The notes: generated by a model not told the origin, from the sequence alone. A stretch of DNA of 64,000 nucleotides from Candidatus Bathyarchaeota archaeon (GCA_963833575.1 CAWHXY010000006.1:128001-192000); one strand, 5' to 3'; positions 1 to 7,910 are shown, counted from the stretch's first letter. Numbers and translations are program-made.

Positions 1-1
1 C

Positions 2-300
2 GAGAAAGAAGGCAAAATTCCGTTTCCCAACTGGATTAAGCCTGAGTGGCACAACTGCATAGTAGGCTGTATCAGATGCCAAGCAGCGTGCCCCGAAAAC
101 AAGCCCTATCTGAGCAGGTTTGGGGAAACCGCGAGTTCGACGAGCAAGAAACCAAGGTCCTACTAAAAGGCATTTCCCGCGAACAAATTCGATCGATAAC
201 CATCAAGAAGCTACAGTTGCTCAGTTTAACAGATTATTTCAATGAAATGCCGCGCAACCTCTCGGCTCTTTTAAAAACAAAACCTGACAAGTCTAATTAA
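2..300 (+). CDS. 3' part of a 4Fe-4S (epoxyqueuosine reductase/QueG-like) protein with an apparent 1-nt frameshift near 130
   Basis: Frame 2 from base 2 reads EKEGKIPFPNWIKPEWHNCIVGCIRCQAACPENK (CxxCxxCxxxCP). It continues plausibly in frame 1 as EFDEQETKVLLKG...PRNLSALL to the stop at 300. Truncated by the window edge. Confidence 0.6.
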
Positions 301-304
301 GCGT

Positions 305-898
305 TTAAATTGACCTGTTCTTTTCAAGAATTTTGTAGCTAAGAGTAATGATCCAAACTGCTCCAGCGAGCCCAGAAATGAATTCTGGAATAGCTACGCC
401 CGAAAGATAATGAACAACAAAAAACAGTATCCATGGAATTGCAGCTATTATGCCTATCAGGATAGTGAATACAGCCATTTTTGTCTTACGCTGCATTCCG
501 AATGACGCAGTTATAATAAAAAAAGAGATTGGCAGCAGAACAAAAAAAGCTACTGAAGCGAAATAATGTGTTGGATTAAAGTTTTCGTTAAATACTCCAA
601 TGCCGATAAGTGCGATTGTTGCTGCTGCAAAAACGGCCGCTCCAAGTTTGTCCACCCAGTTTTTTCCTAAATATGCAAATAAGCCAAGGAGTGTAAAGAC
701 TAAAGCTAAGGCACCGCAGGTGTAGAGTCCAAAATTGAAGAGCGGCCCCGTTATGCCAGATACTACCCCAAGATCGCTTAAGGCATTGTTTGTCCAGCTG
801 AACTGAGGATAAGATGCGGTAGCTAAAAGTATGCAGGTGAATGCGATTATTGGGGCTAATATGCCTGTGGCTGCTCCGATTCTTTGTCTCCGAGGCAA
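305..898 (-). CDS. DUF998-like membrane protein
   Basis: Multiple TM helices, N-terminal 'FSWTNNALSDLG' motif and an 'H..AS..FF' motif. Confidence 0.7.
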   Translation of the reverse strand: MPRRQRIGAATGILAPIIAFTCILLATASYPQFSWTNNALSDLGVVSGITGPLFNFGLYTCGALALVFTLLGLFAYLGKNWVDKLGAAVFAAATIALIGIGVFNENFNPTHYFASVAFFVLLPISFFIITASFGMQRKTKMAVFTILIGIIAAIPWILFFVVHYLSGVAIPEFISGLAGAVWIITLSYKILEKNRSI

Positions 899-936
899 AC
901 CCTTGATTCCTCAACAACATAGAGCATAAACTTGCT

Positions 937-1643
937 TTAAGAGTTTACATCCTGTGGAACAAACCGCCGCAGATTCTTAAGCGACTGCAGTTTCTCTTTC
1001 TCGCCGATTTTTGCTTCCTGCACTGACTGTTTTAGGATTTGAATAGATTCATCCATTGCTTTGCGGTCAACAGGATAAGGAACACCATCTTTGCCTCCAT
1101 ATGCAAAACTAAATTTTACAGGGTCCTCCCAACTTGGCTTTTCGCCGTAAACTAACTCGGCGACAAGAGCTAAACCCCTAACTGTCGCGGGTCCAACACC
1201 TTTGATACTCAAAAGCTCCTCGTAATTGTTTGGTTGGAACTCGTAAACTCGGCTTAGCGTATCCCAATTAATGTTACGCGGCATGTTTAGCGTGTTTAAG
1301 GTTTGTTGCCATGGGTCATCGGTCTTGGGTAGCCAATTTTGAAGTGAATATTGGTTTAGCGGTTTTGTGGTTGATTGGATCAGGTTCATGAGTTTGCGTG
1401 TGGGTTCCTTTGCCAAGTCTACGCTGGCTTTTCTGGCAGCTTCGCTATCTTTTGCTACCATGTTCAGGGCTGTTTCCCGTTTTACGTTTCCAACTATTGC
1501 ATTGTGTGGTTCAACAGCAAAGTCCGCTACATTATCCGACAGCCAATGATACCGTCTTGCCGAACGGTCATTTTCACTCATACCCTGCTGAATCACAGCC
1601 CACTGCTCATCCCTAGTTACTAAGAAAGCGTGGTGATAAAGCT
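937..1643 (-). pseudogene. C-terminal fragment of a DUF763 family gene interrupted by element E1
   Basis: LYHHAF...WAVIQQGM...ARRYHW...GVGPATVRGLALVAELVYG...FSFAYGGKDGVPYPVD are DUF763 motifs. The first 29 aa of track ORF 937..1728 come from E1 sequence. Confidence 0.88.
1638..1643 (+). repeat. E1 attL core (AAAGCT)
   Basis: Identical to 5956-5961 and lies exactly at the DUF763 breakpoint. Confidence 0.85.
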
Positions 1644-1882
1644 CAAAGCATGTCAGTAGTGATATCTCCCGCAATATTTCCCCTTTTTTTGATAAGCACG
1701 AGGCAAATAGGAAACTCCGTTTTGCCATAGCATCTCTCCAGGGAAAGGTAGAGAGCTCGATCTGGAAAAGACGCCTTCAAACGGCTCTAATTATCAGGGA
1801 TGAGCTCCTGGAGCATGGTTACAAGTGGCAAGCCGATAGGATCGATAACTGGATCCATAGGCTCCAGGAAAAGGAGGTTTGA
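1640..1882 (+). CDS. E1 ORF1, 3' part (start codon supplied by the other end of the element after circularisation)
   Basis: Open frame ...DKHEANRKLRFAIASLQGKVESSIWKRRLQTALIIRDELLEHGYKWQADRIDNWIHRLQEKEV*, homologous to E2 ORF 18004..18282. It has no start codon and is bounded by a TAA at 1637-1639 in the integrated state. Confidence 0.8.
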   Translation, partial: SSKHVSSDISRNISPFFDKHEANRKLRFAIASLQGKVESSIWKRRLQTALIIRDELLEHGYKWQADRIDNWIHRLQEKEV

Positions 1883-1885
1883 GCT

Positions 1886-2215
1886 CTGGAGCATAGAATT
1901 AGAGTTTTTTGCCCTGCCTGTATCGATTTGATACCCGATTTTTGGCATGGATCTAGTCAGGATTGGTATAAAGCTCTCGAGGCCGTACATGGCCTTCCTT
2001 TCCCTCAGTGGTTACTTACTGCTTTGGAGCACGAATTTGAGCATGGTTACGACAGATCACACCTGACACAGATCAGCGATTCAGTCAAACACAAACGATA
2101 TCCAGCTAAGTTTCCATGGAGGCTTAAGCTGAAGGATCCAGGGGTTCCCGGGCCTGGAAAAGTCTTGCAGGCCGAAGGCCTGACCTCTGAGAGAAGAGAG
2201 GAGGGCTCTTTCTAG
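1886..2215 (+). CDS. E1 ORF2, hypothetical (track start 1928; possible CTG start at 1886 adds a CPAC motif)
   Basis: AGGAGG at 1872-1877 precedes an in-frame CTG. The C-terminus LQAEGLTSERREEGSF is shared with E2 ORF 18282..18473. Confidence 0.5.
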   Translation: MEHRIRVFCPACIDLIPDFWHGSSQDWYKALEAVHGLPFPQWLLTALEHEFEHGYDRSHLTQISDSVKHKRYPAKFPWRLKLKDPGVPGPGKVLQAEGLTSERREEGSF

Positions 2216-3190
2216 TTGGCAGCCAAATACATGCTGGAGCAAGAAGGCAGCTTCACTTTCATGAGGCCTGACTCGATCGAGTGCAGGATCGTAACCTGCA
2301 AACATTATGATGCCTGCAAAAGCGTTGGCGAAAAGTCGGGTATCCTGCCTAAAGCGAAGTCGATTTTAGAGGTTTTGGGCCTCGATTGGCAACTGCCAGG
2401 TCATGGCAAGGCCTATGATGATTGTGGATCCTGGAGGTACAGGGGTTGCTTAGACGTCTATTCTCACGTGCAGAATGAGCTGGATCAGAGCATCAAGGAA
2501 AAGATCTATGTTGAGTGGTATCATCGCAGCTGTGTGAGGGCCGAGTGTCCGATCTGCTATGAGAAGTGGGCTGGGAAGGAGGCTGCTAAGATCGAGCATC
2601 GTCTAAAGTACTTCTGGAAATATGGCAAGGTTATCCATGTGACCGTTTCACCGTCAGAAAAAGACGCTGTTAACATGCCTTTTGAGAAATTGATCGCAAA
2701 AATGTATCGGATAGCTAAACAGAGAGGTTTGAAAGGTGGTTCTTGTATTTGGCATCCCTGGAGAGAGCACGATAATGGATCATGGTATTTCTCGCCCCAT
2801 TTCCACGTTCTAGGCTTTGGATGGGTGCGAAACACTAAAGAGGGCTTTGAAAAGGATGGTTGGTTAGTGAAAAATATCCAGGATGGCAAGAAGGAAAGAT
2901 CAGTTTTCCGCACGGCCATGTATCAACTAAGCCATTGTGGGATCAGCAAAAATCATAGGCCAGTTACCTGGTTTGGAGTTTGCAGTCCAGCTGCTAAGGA
3001 AAAAGTCAACGTGCCTCCAATGGAGAAAGAGAAACACTTGTGTCCAGCTTGCGGAGCTGAGCTAGTACAACTTAGGTATTTTGGCTTGGAGGATCAGCTG
3101 CCAGATCGAGAGGAGAACGCATGTGCCTGGCTAGATCCTGGAGAGAACTGGGCAGAGTTCCAGCCCTCCAGGTATGGAGATGAAGGGTAA
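2216..3190 (+). CDS. rep: Rolling-circle replication initiator (HUH endonuclease Rep) with Zn-binding motifs
   Basis: Motif I-like VIHVTVSP, HUH motif PHFHVLG, motif III-like YQLSH tyrosine, and Cys motifs CVRAECPIC and CPACG. Confidence 0.82.
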   Translation: MAAKYMLEQEGSFTFMRPDSIECRIVTCKHYDACKSVGEKSGILPKAKSILEVLGLDWQLPGHGKAYDDCGSWRYRGCLDVYSHVQNELDQSIKEKIYVEWYHRSCVRAECPICYEKWAGKEAAKIEHRLKYFWKYGKVIHVTVSPSEKDAVNMPFEKLIAKMYRIAKQRGLKGGSCIWHPWREHDNGSWYFSPHFHVLGFGWVRNTKEGFEKDGWLVKNIQDGKKERSVFRTAMYQLSHCGISKNHRPVTWFGVCSPAAKEKVNVPPMEKEKHLCPACGAELVQLRYFGLEDQLPDREENACAWLDPGENWAEFQPSRYGDEG

Positions 3191-3351
3191 TGTTCAGAGT
3201 TCAGATTCGCCGAGGTAGTGGATCCAGGGCCAGGATCCAGATTAAGATCTGTGGTGATTGTGGTTTTTGGGTTGGCCGTTGCCTTTTAGGTGAGGGAAAC
3301 CGTTTTGCTGGATCTGAGTCATGTGGTAGATCTAAACCTAGGGAGCTGTGA
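3190..3351 (+). CDS. Small Cys-rich protein (53 aa, not in ORF track)
   Basis: ATG overlaps the Rep stop (TAATG). MFRVQIRRGSGSRARIQIKICGDCGFWVGRCLLGEGNRFAGSESCGRSKPREL. Conserved in E2 at 19646..19804. Confidence 0.75.
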   Translation: MFRVQIRRGSGSRARIQIKICGDCGFWVGRCLLGEGNRFAGSESCGRSKPREL

Positions 3352-3355
3352 GATA

Positions 3356-3652
3356 GTGGCCAGGGCACATGATTGTATCTTAACAGTTACTATTAGAAAG
3401 AGGCTGTTGAAAGAGATCAGAGATAAGCGGTTGTTGTCGTTGAATTTTCTTGAGAGATTGAGAACTCAGGAAGCGGATCCTGTGGATCTCAGCTGCTTTA
3501 AGTGTAGCCGAAAGGTTAGAGGTGGCTCATGGATCCATGTGATCAGAAGCTCCTATAGAGTGCGAATCTATCATCTCAAGTGTTTTGAGGGATCCTTTGT
3601 TGATGCTCACAGAAGTAACTGTGATCAAGCTTCTGGGAGGGTTGAAAACTAA
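3356..3652 (+). CDS. Zn-finger protein (CxxC...HxxC)
   Basis: GTG start at 3356 matches E2 MARATDCILT. Contains CFKC and YHLKC. Confidence 0.75.
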   Translation: MARAHDCILTVTIRKRLLKEIRDKRLLSLNFLERLRTQEADPVDLSCFKCSRKVRGGSWIHVIRSSYRVRIYHLKCFEGSFVDAHRSNCDQASGRVEN

Positions 3653-3653
3653 A

Positions 3654-3866
3654 ATGCCAAAAGGTGAAGGTACTGCTGGAGGCATCATGGAGATAATTAA
3701 GACTCCGTTGGGCATCATCATTTTGTTTATCATTATGTTGGTGCTAGCTGGCTTGAGTATTGCCTCAGCTATCTCAGGAGCCTTAACCGCTGCAGCTGTT
3801 AGCTCAGCTGGGTTGTTGGTTGTAGTTGTGCTCCTGGTAGTTGTCAAAGTATTAGGGAAATCTTAA
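3654..3866 (+). CDS. 70-aa hydrophobic helical-hairpin protein, candidate major capsid or pilin-like protein
   Basis: MPKGEGTAGGIMEIIKTPLGIIILFIIMLVLAGLSIASAISGALTAAAVSSAGLLVVVVLLVVVKVLGKS. Two hydrophobic segments and a basic C-terminus. Identical protein in E2 despite 10 synonymous substitutions. The capsid role is an inference. Confidence 0.65.
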   Translation: MPKGEGTAGGIMEIIKTPLGIIILFIIMLVLAGLSIASAISGALTAAAVSSAGLLVVVVLLVVVKVLGKS

Positions 3867-3870
3867 GCAG

Positions 3871-3891
3871 AAAGGCTCAGAATTGAGCTTT
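3871..3891 (+). terminator. Hairpin after the candidate capsid gene
   Basis: AAAGGCTCA-GAA-TTGAGCTTT imperfect inverted repeat followed by a pyrimidine-rich tract. Same sequence at 20316-20336. Confidence 0.45.
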
Positions 3892-4154
3892 ATTTCCTCA
3901 TTCTCCCTCATTTTTCCGTTAATTAACATCTTTTAGGCTCCAGGAGAGGGGTTTTTGACTCTCTTAGGGTAGTCAGTTTTGATCAGAAATTGGCCAAGTT
4001 TCTTCAATCTTTTGCGTACGTGAGAAATTTGGGCCCCTTTATTATTATATTATGTATATTAGGTAATCACAAAAAAAATAAATATTAAAAAATGCTTAGT
4101 AGAATTCAATTTGGGGTTGAATGTTGAAATGGAGCTCAGTTTGGTGGTATCTAA

Positions 4155-4436
4155 GTGAGAGAGTACAGTAATGGCTTCTCTGTTAAGCTAACAGATGAGG
4201 AGCAAGCAAGCTATGAGAGAGTTCTCAGTTATTATAAGGCCGTTGATCCTTCTCGATCAAAAGCTTTCAGGTTGTTGCTGAGGGCGCTGGAGTTGGAGAT
4301 CTCCAGGCAATCTCAGAAGGCCTATTGGAGTAACACCGAGTTTGATCCTCCCAGGGCTGAACCAAGCCATGACGTAACAATCAGTTCTGAGGAGGAGTTC
4401 CTGGAGAGAGAAGCAAAGGACACCTGGACTGAGTAG
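4155..4436 (+). CDS. Ribbon-helix-helix-like DNA-binding regulator
   Basis: N-terminal FSVKLTDEEQ strand-helix followed by SRSKAFRLLL, with an acidic tail. Identical protein in E2. Confidence 0.55.
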   Translation: MREYSNGFSVKLTDEEQASYERVLSYYKAVDPSRSKAFRLLLRALELEISRQSQKAYWSNTEFDPPRAEPSHDVTISSEEEFLEREAKDTWTE

Positions 4437-4439
4437 GGC

Positions 4440-4686
4440 AAAAGTAATATCCATAAAGGCGTTATTATTGATCAAGCAGCTGAGGCCAGCTGCATGGCTC
4501 CAGGAGGATTTAAGATCTTGAAACCGTCTTTTTCTTCCTTTTGGAGCCATCCAATTTTAACTATTTTTGTCAATTGTGAAATAGGTCTAAAATCGGACAT
4601 AGTGGGTAAAAAGTAATATCCGTTTGATGGGCTTTTGTGTCCATTTTGTTTATAAGTAAAAAGTAATATCCGTTTCATGGACTTTT
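4440..4686 (+). promoter_or_regulatory. Direct repeats upstream of the integrase (operator or iteron-like) around a TATA-like box
   Basis: AAAAGTAATATCC at 4440-4452. The longer GTAAAAAGTAATATCCGTTT(G/C)ATGG(G/A)CTTTT occurs at 4606 and 4656 (50-bp period) with TTTATAA between them. Confidence 0.6.
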
Positions 4687-4749
4687 CTAAAAACTGTAGA
4701 TGTTAAAAGCCTTGACTTTGAATAGTCCATCAAGGCTTCAAGATCTAAA

Positions 4750-5925
4750 ATGAGTGCTGATTTAGCTCAAATTTCAAGTTCAAGTAACAAAACCAGCTCA
4801 GCTCCTCAGTGTCCTAAGTGTGGTTTTCGTGTAGTTCTTGATGGCCATCGTTACTCCTGGGGCCAGGATATCCAGCTTTTCAAGTGCAAAAATAAGTCTT
4901 GTCGTTATAGGTTCTCAAACGGACATAGTAGTTCAAAAACTAATCCAAAGATAGTTAGATCTAACCAATTAGGCGTCAGATTAGAGGCGAAAAAATTGGT
5001 TTCTGCAACAGAAATAAAGACTGTTGTGGGAGATAAAAATGACAATCTGATCACGTACGCATGGCATGAGAAGAAACGTGGAATAGCTGATACAACCATC
5101 ACACATAGAGTTTTCCGTTTGACTGTTCTTATGAACAGAGGTGCTAACTTAGATGATCCAGAGAGCTTTCTATCGGTTTTGATGACTGAAAATTTTTCAG
5201 AGTCCTCAAAATTCCAGTATTTGCAAGCTTACCTGAGCTACGCCAAAGCGTTCAAAATTCCTTTTGAGAAGCCAAAAATCCACTATGAACCGAAAGTCCA
5301 GTACACGCCAAAGCCCTATGAGGTAGCAATCTTAATTCAAAATCTTGGTAAACAACAGAGAGCTTTAGTTCAAACGATGGCGACTACAGGTGCGAGAATT
5401 GGAGAAATGGCCAGGTTAGAATGGAGTGAAATAGATTCAGTAGGACAGATAGTGTATATCAACCATCCAGAGAAGGGCAGCAGAGCTAGAAAAATCCATG
5501 TGCCTGAGCAAACCATCAAATTCCTAGAAGGATTGCCAAAAACCTATGATCCTTACGTTTTCAACCCAAATAAGCGAACCTTACAAGCTACCTATGCCAG
5601 ATCCAGAGACTCTATCGCTAAAAGGCTTGATATGCCGATCCTCAAAAAAATCCATCATCACTCTTTCCGTCGATATTTTGCAGATCAGACCTACAAAAAA
5701 ACCCAATTTAACATCCGAAAAACACAGCTGCGAATGGGCCATAAACGATTGAGCTCTACAGAGAAATACTTTGACGATTTTGACGATGAAAACGTCACTT
5801 TTGAAACAGCTAGAGCTTACACAGTAGAGGACGCAGAGGAGCTGAGGCAACTGGGCTATGAGCTATATGATACTGGAATAGACGAGAACGGCAAAGCTGT
5901 GAAGTTGTACAGTAGGATGGCTTAG
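4750..5925 (+). CDS. int: Tyrosine integrase with N-terminal Zn ribbon (E1)
   Basis: CPKC..C..C N-terminus. Catalytic TGARIGE (R), KGS (K), HSFRR (HxxR), MGHK (H), EKYF (Y). Confidence 0.93.
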   Translation: MSADLAQISSSSNKTSSAPQCPKCGFRVVLDGHRYSWGQDIQLFKCKNKSCRYRFSNGHSSSKTNPKIVRSNQLGVRLEAKKLVSATEIKTVVGDKNDNLITYAWHEKKRGIADTTITHRVFRLTVLMNRGANLDDPESFLSVLMTENFSESSKFQYLQAYLSYAKAFKIPFEKPKIHYEPKVQYTPKPYEVAILIQNLGKQQRALVQTMATTGARIGEMARLEWSEIDSVGQIVYINHPEKGSRARKIHVPEQTIKFLEGLPKTYDPYVFNPNKRTLQATYARSRDSIAKRLDMPILKKIHHHSFRRYFADQTYKKTQFNIRKTQLRMGHKRLSSTEKYFDDFDDENVTFETARAYTVEDAEELRQLGYELYDTGIDENGKAVKLYSRMA

Positions 5926-5953
5926 ACATGGTAATAGCGAAAAAAACGTACAT

Positions 5954-6388
5954 TCAAAGCTGGTACCCCGCTTGAATAGCGGCGTTATCAACTTTTGCAG
6001 CCATTTTACTATTGTAAGTTAATTCGTTGATCTTTTCTTCAGAAAAACCGAATTTTGTGCCAGCCACTGCTAAGTCGTTTGGCGTTTTCTTTGAGGTTTT
6101 TCCTTTTCCGCCGCAGACCGCTATGCCGTGCTCTTTTGGTGATAGAGCGCTTTTGAGGATGCCTGTGACGACTGTTGTTACTCCTGAGCTGTGCCAATCG
6201 TAAGCTAAAACGCAGCCGAATGCTTGAAACCAATACGGGTCCGATAAACGTTGCATGAATTTGGATGTGCCCTGCTCTTCAATCATGATGTTTGCTATTT
6301 CTTTGGCTAATTTGCGCATTCGCACAGTTAGCCATGAAGGAGCTTTTCCGCCATGAAGAGGCAGGTTTGCAACGCCCGTTCTATACAT
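5954..6388 (-). pseudogene. N-terminal fragment of the DUF763 family gene interrupted by E1
   Basis: MYRTGVANLPLHGGKAPSWL...LSDPYWFQAFGCVLAYDWHSSGVTT...AKVDNAAIQAGYQL, then a TGA formed at the E1 junction. Confidence 0.9.
5956..5961 (+). repeat. E1 attR core (AAAGCT)
   Basis: Identical to 1638-1643 and lies at the end of the DUF763 N-terminal fragment. Confidence 0.85.
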
Positions 6389-6689
6389 TACTTTCACTAT
6401 CAGTATTCGCTCAAAGAATAATGAGGCATCCTGTTTTGAATGTTATTGAAACATTTACGGCAGTTTTCAACTATACAGAATGGAAAATGCAGGCTCACAG
6501 ATTTGAATAATTATCTGTAGGACGTAGATACGACTGCTTTAGCATCTAATTGTTAAATTCCACAGTTCTCTTGTTTGTACAATGCCTCATTTGTTTAAAC
6601 CCAATTGGTTATGTGTACAACTGTAGTTTCAGGTATCATTTAGAAAGGTTATGTCGATGTTTTGCCTATTAGTGTTTGAGCGATGAATA

Positions 6690-6872
6690 TTGACAGTTAA
6701 TATGTACCATAGCAAGGTATTGTGCGGCCATGAAGCGGTCGACGCATTAGACAAATATATCCGAAAACTTGAAAAACGCAAAGTTAAAGGTTTAACCGAA
6801 AAACAAGCTTATGCCCTAATCAAAACAGCAAAAGTACTGCGAACTGAAATTATCCGATCCAAAGACAACTAA
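6690..6872 (+). CDS. Small basic hypothetical protein
   Basis: ORF track only; plausible composition. Confidence 0.4.
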   Translation: MTVNMYHSKVLCGHEAVDALDKYIRKLEKRKVKGLTEKQAYALIKTAKVLRTEIIRSKDN

Positions 6873-7075
6873 AAAACAAGAAACTCAACCTACAACTACT
6901 GGAATACATCTCTTGGCTAATCCTGTTTCGAATTCTATTCAACATAGACTTCTGCGTCCATAAACACTTACGTTTAGAAATTGACTCGGTTAGGATAACT
7001 TCAGTTCTCACAATTCGAAATTTTGTTACCCACATATACAGAAAAACAACTTTGAAGGTCTTGCAACGTATTCGG

Positions 7076-7513
7076 CTATTTATCGATTAGAGGATCTTGG
7101 AATGTTAAGCTCGTGTTTTTCCAAGTTATTTTTTGCAGTTTTAATAGTTCTTTGTCATGAGTATAAATAATCGGTGTTTGGTTTGCTAAAAAAGTTGCAA
7201 CTATTAAGGAATCTCTTCCACCAAGCTTGTGCTGCACACATAAAGTGAGGGCTATGGTGCTTGTTTTTCTCGTCTGATTAAAGAATTCTATGTACGGATG
7301 TTTAAGAAGCATTTTCAATTCTTTAGCGGCTTCTTCTGGAACCCATTTCTGGCTAAAAACCAATACGTGATATGTTTCGTGAAGCGTGGTCGGATTTAAA
7401 GCAACCTTATTTTCAGGAGATAGACTGAGGAACAAATCCCCGAGTTTTTCGTTTTCAGGGTACTCTTCATCCAGAGCGTAACATATAATGTTAGCGTCTA
7501 AACCCACAATCAT
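7076..7513 (-). CDS. vapC: PIN-domain toxin (VapC-like)
   Basis: GLDANII, E residue, RDSLIVA and THDKEL acidic PIN motifs. Overlaps the antitoxin gene by 4 nt. Confidence 0.85.
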   Translation of the reverse strand: MIVGLDANIICYALDEEYPENEKLGDLFLSLSPENKVALNPTTLHETYHVLVFSQKWVPEEAAKELKMLLKHPYIEFFNQTRKTSTIALTLCVQHKLGGRDSLIVATFLANQTPIIYTHDKELLKLQKITWKNTSLTFQDPLIDK

Positions 7514-7767
7514 TCGGTTTTGCTCCAGATAGACTTCATTTTCTCAGGCGACCAACATTCAGGTTTTCCTGTTCTGCGATGTTTGGAAATGATCACTTTT
7601 TTGAATTCAGCTAGAAAATCTTCACGTTTGCCGGCAACGATGAGGTAACCTTCGGGAGTTTTCTTTAATGTGACGTTATCGCCGATTTCTTCTCTTATTT
7701 CTGCAGGAATACAGAATCTGCCTTTTGAGTCTATCTTGACATTGACCTGCTCTTCCATCTTTCCCAC
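7510..7767 (-). CDS. vapB: AbrB/MazE/SpoVT-type antitoxin (VapB-like)
   Basis: KIDSKGRFCIPAEIRE swapped-hairpin motif, directly upstream of the PIN gene. Confidence 0.85.
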   Translation of the reverse strand: MGKMEEQVNVKIDSKGRFCIPAEIREEIGDNVTLKKTPEGYLIVAGKREDFLAEFKKVIISKHRRTGKPECWSPEKMKSIWSKTE

Positions 7768-7910
7768 TACTGTTAAGTGGGACAGACAGACTATTAAAAC
7801 TTGCTAAAAAGGTTGGCTTTTTCAGGTTATTAATGGCATTTCTTAACGTTCTATTCCCTGATTTACCGAACTTTGCTTGAGCAAGATTACCGGGACTAAT
7901 GGTTAGCTAG

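Larger units (their letters stand above)
1638..5961 (+). mobile_element. Integrated element E1 (mini-provirus or integrative RCR plasmid), 4318-bp circle
   Basis: Flanked by AAAGCT at 1638-1643 and 5956-5961. Removal restores ...TAC CAG CTT TAT CAC CAC... in DUF763. Carries an HUH Rep and a tyrosine integrase and is collinear with E2. Confidence 0.92.

Noticed and set aside
1644-1728. N-terminus MAKRSFLF... of track ORF 937..1728 as a real DUF763 start
   Set aside because: It is E1 sequence read antisense. The true N-terminus lies at 5957-6388. Rescue translation from it cannot be excluded but has no support.
3290-3355. Track start of ORF 3290..3652, and starts 3585 and 20030 for the hydrophobic protein
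   Set aside because: Comparison of the two elements and stop/start coupling place the starts at 3356, 3654 and 20099.
4257-4678. Minus-strand ORFs 4257..4550 and 4472..4678 conserved in both elements
   Set aside because: Conservation is explained by near-identical DNA. They overlap the RHH gene and the repeat region and show no protein motifs.
4440-4686. Repeats as a mini CRISPR array
   Set aside because: Only two long copies with a ~19-bp gap plus one partial copy, irregular spacing and no cas genes.
1638-5961. E1 as an IS91/IS200-type HUH transposon with a target-site duplication
   Set aside because: It carries a complete tyrosine integrase, the circle junction rebuilds an ORF, and sibling E2 uses a 16-bp att core. 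This fits integrase-mediated insertion of a circle.
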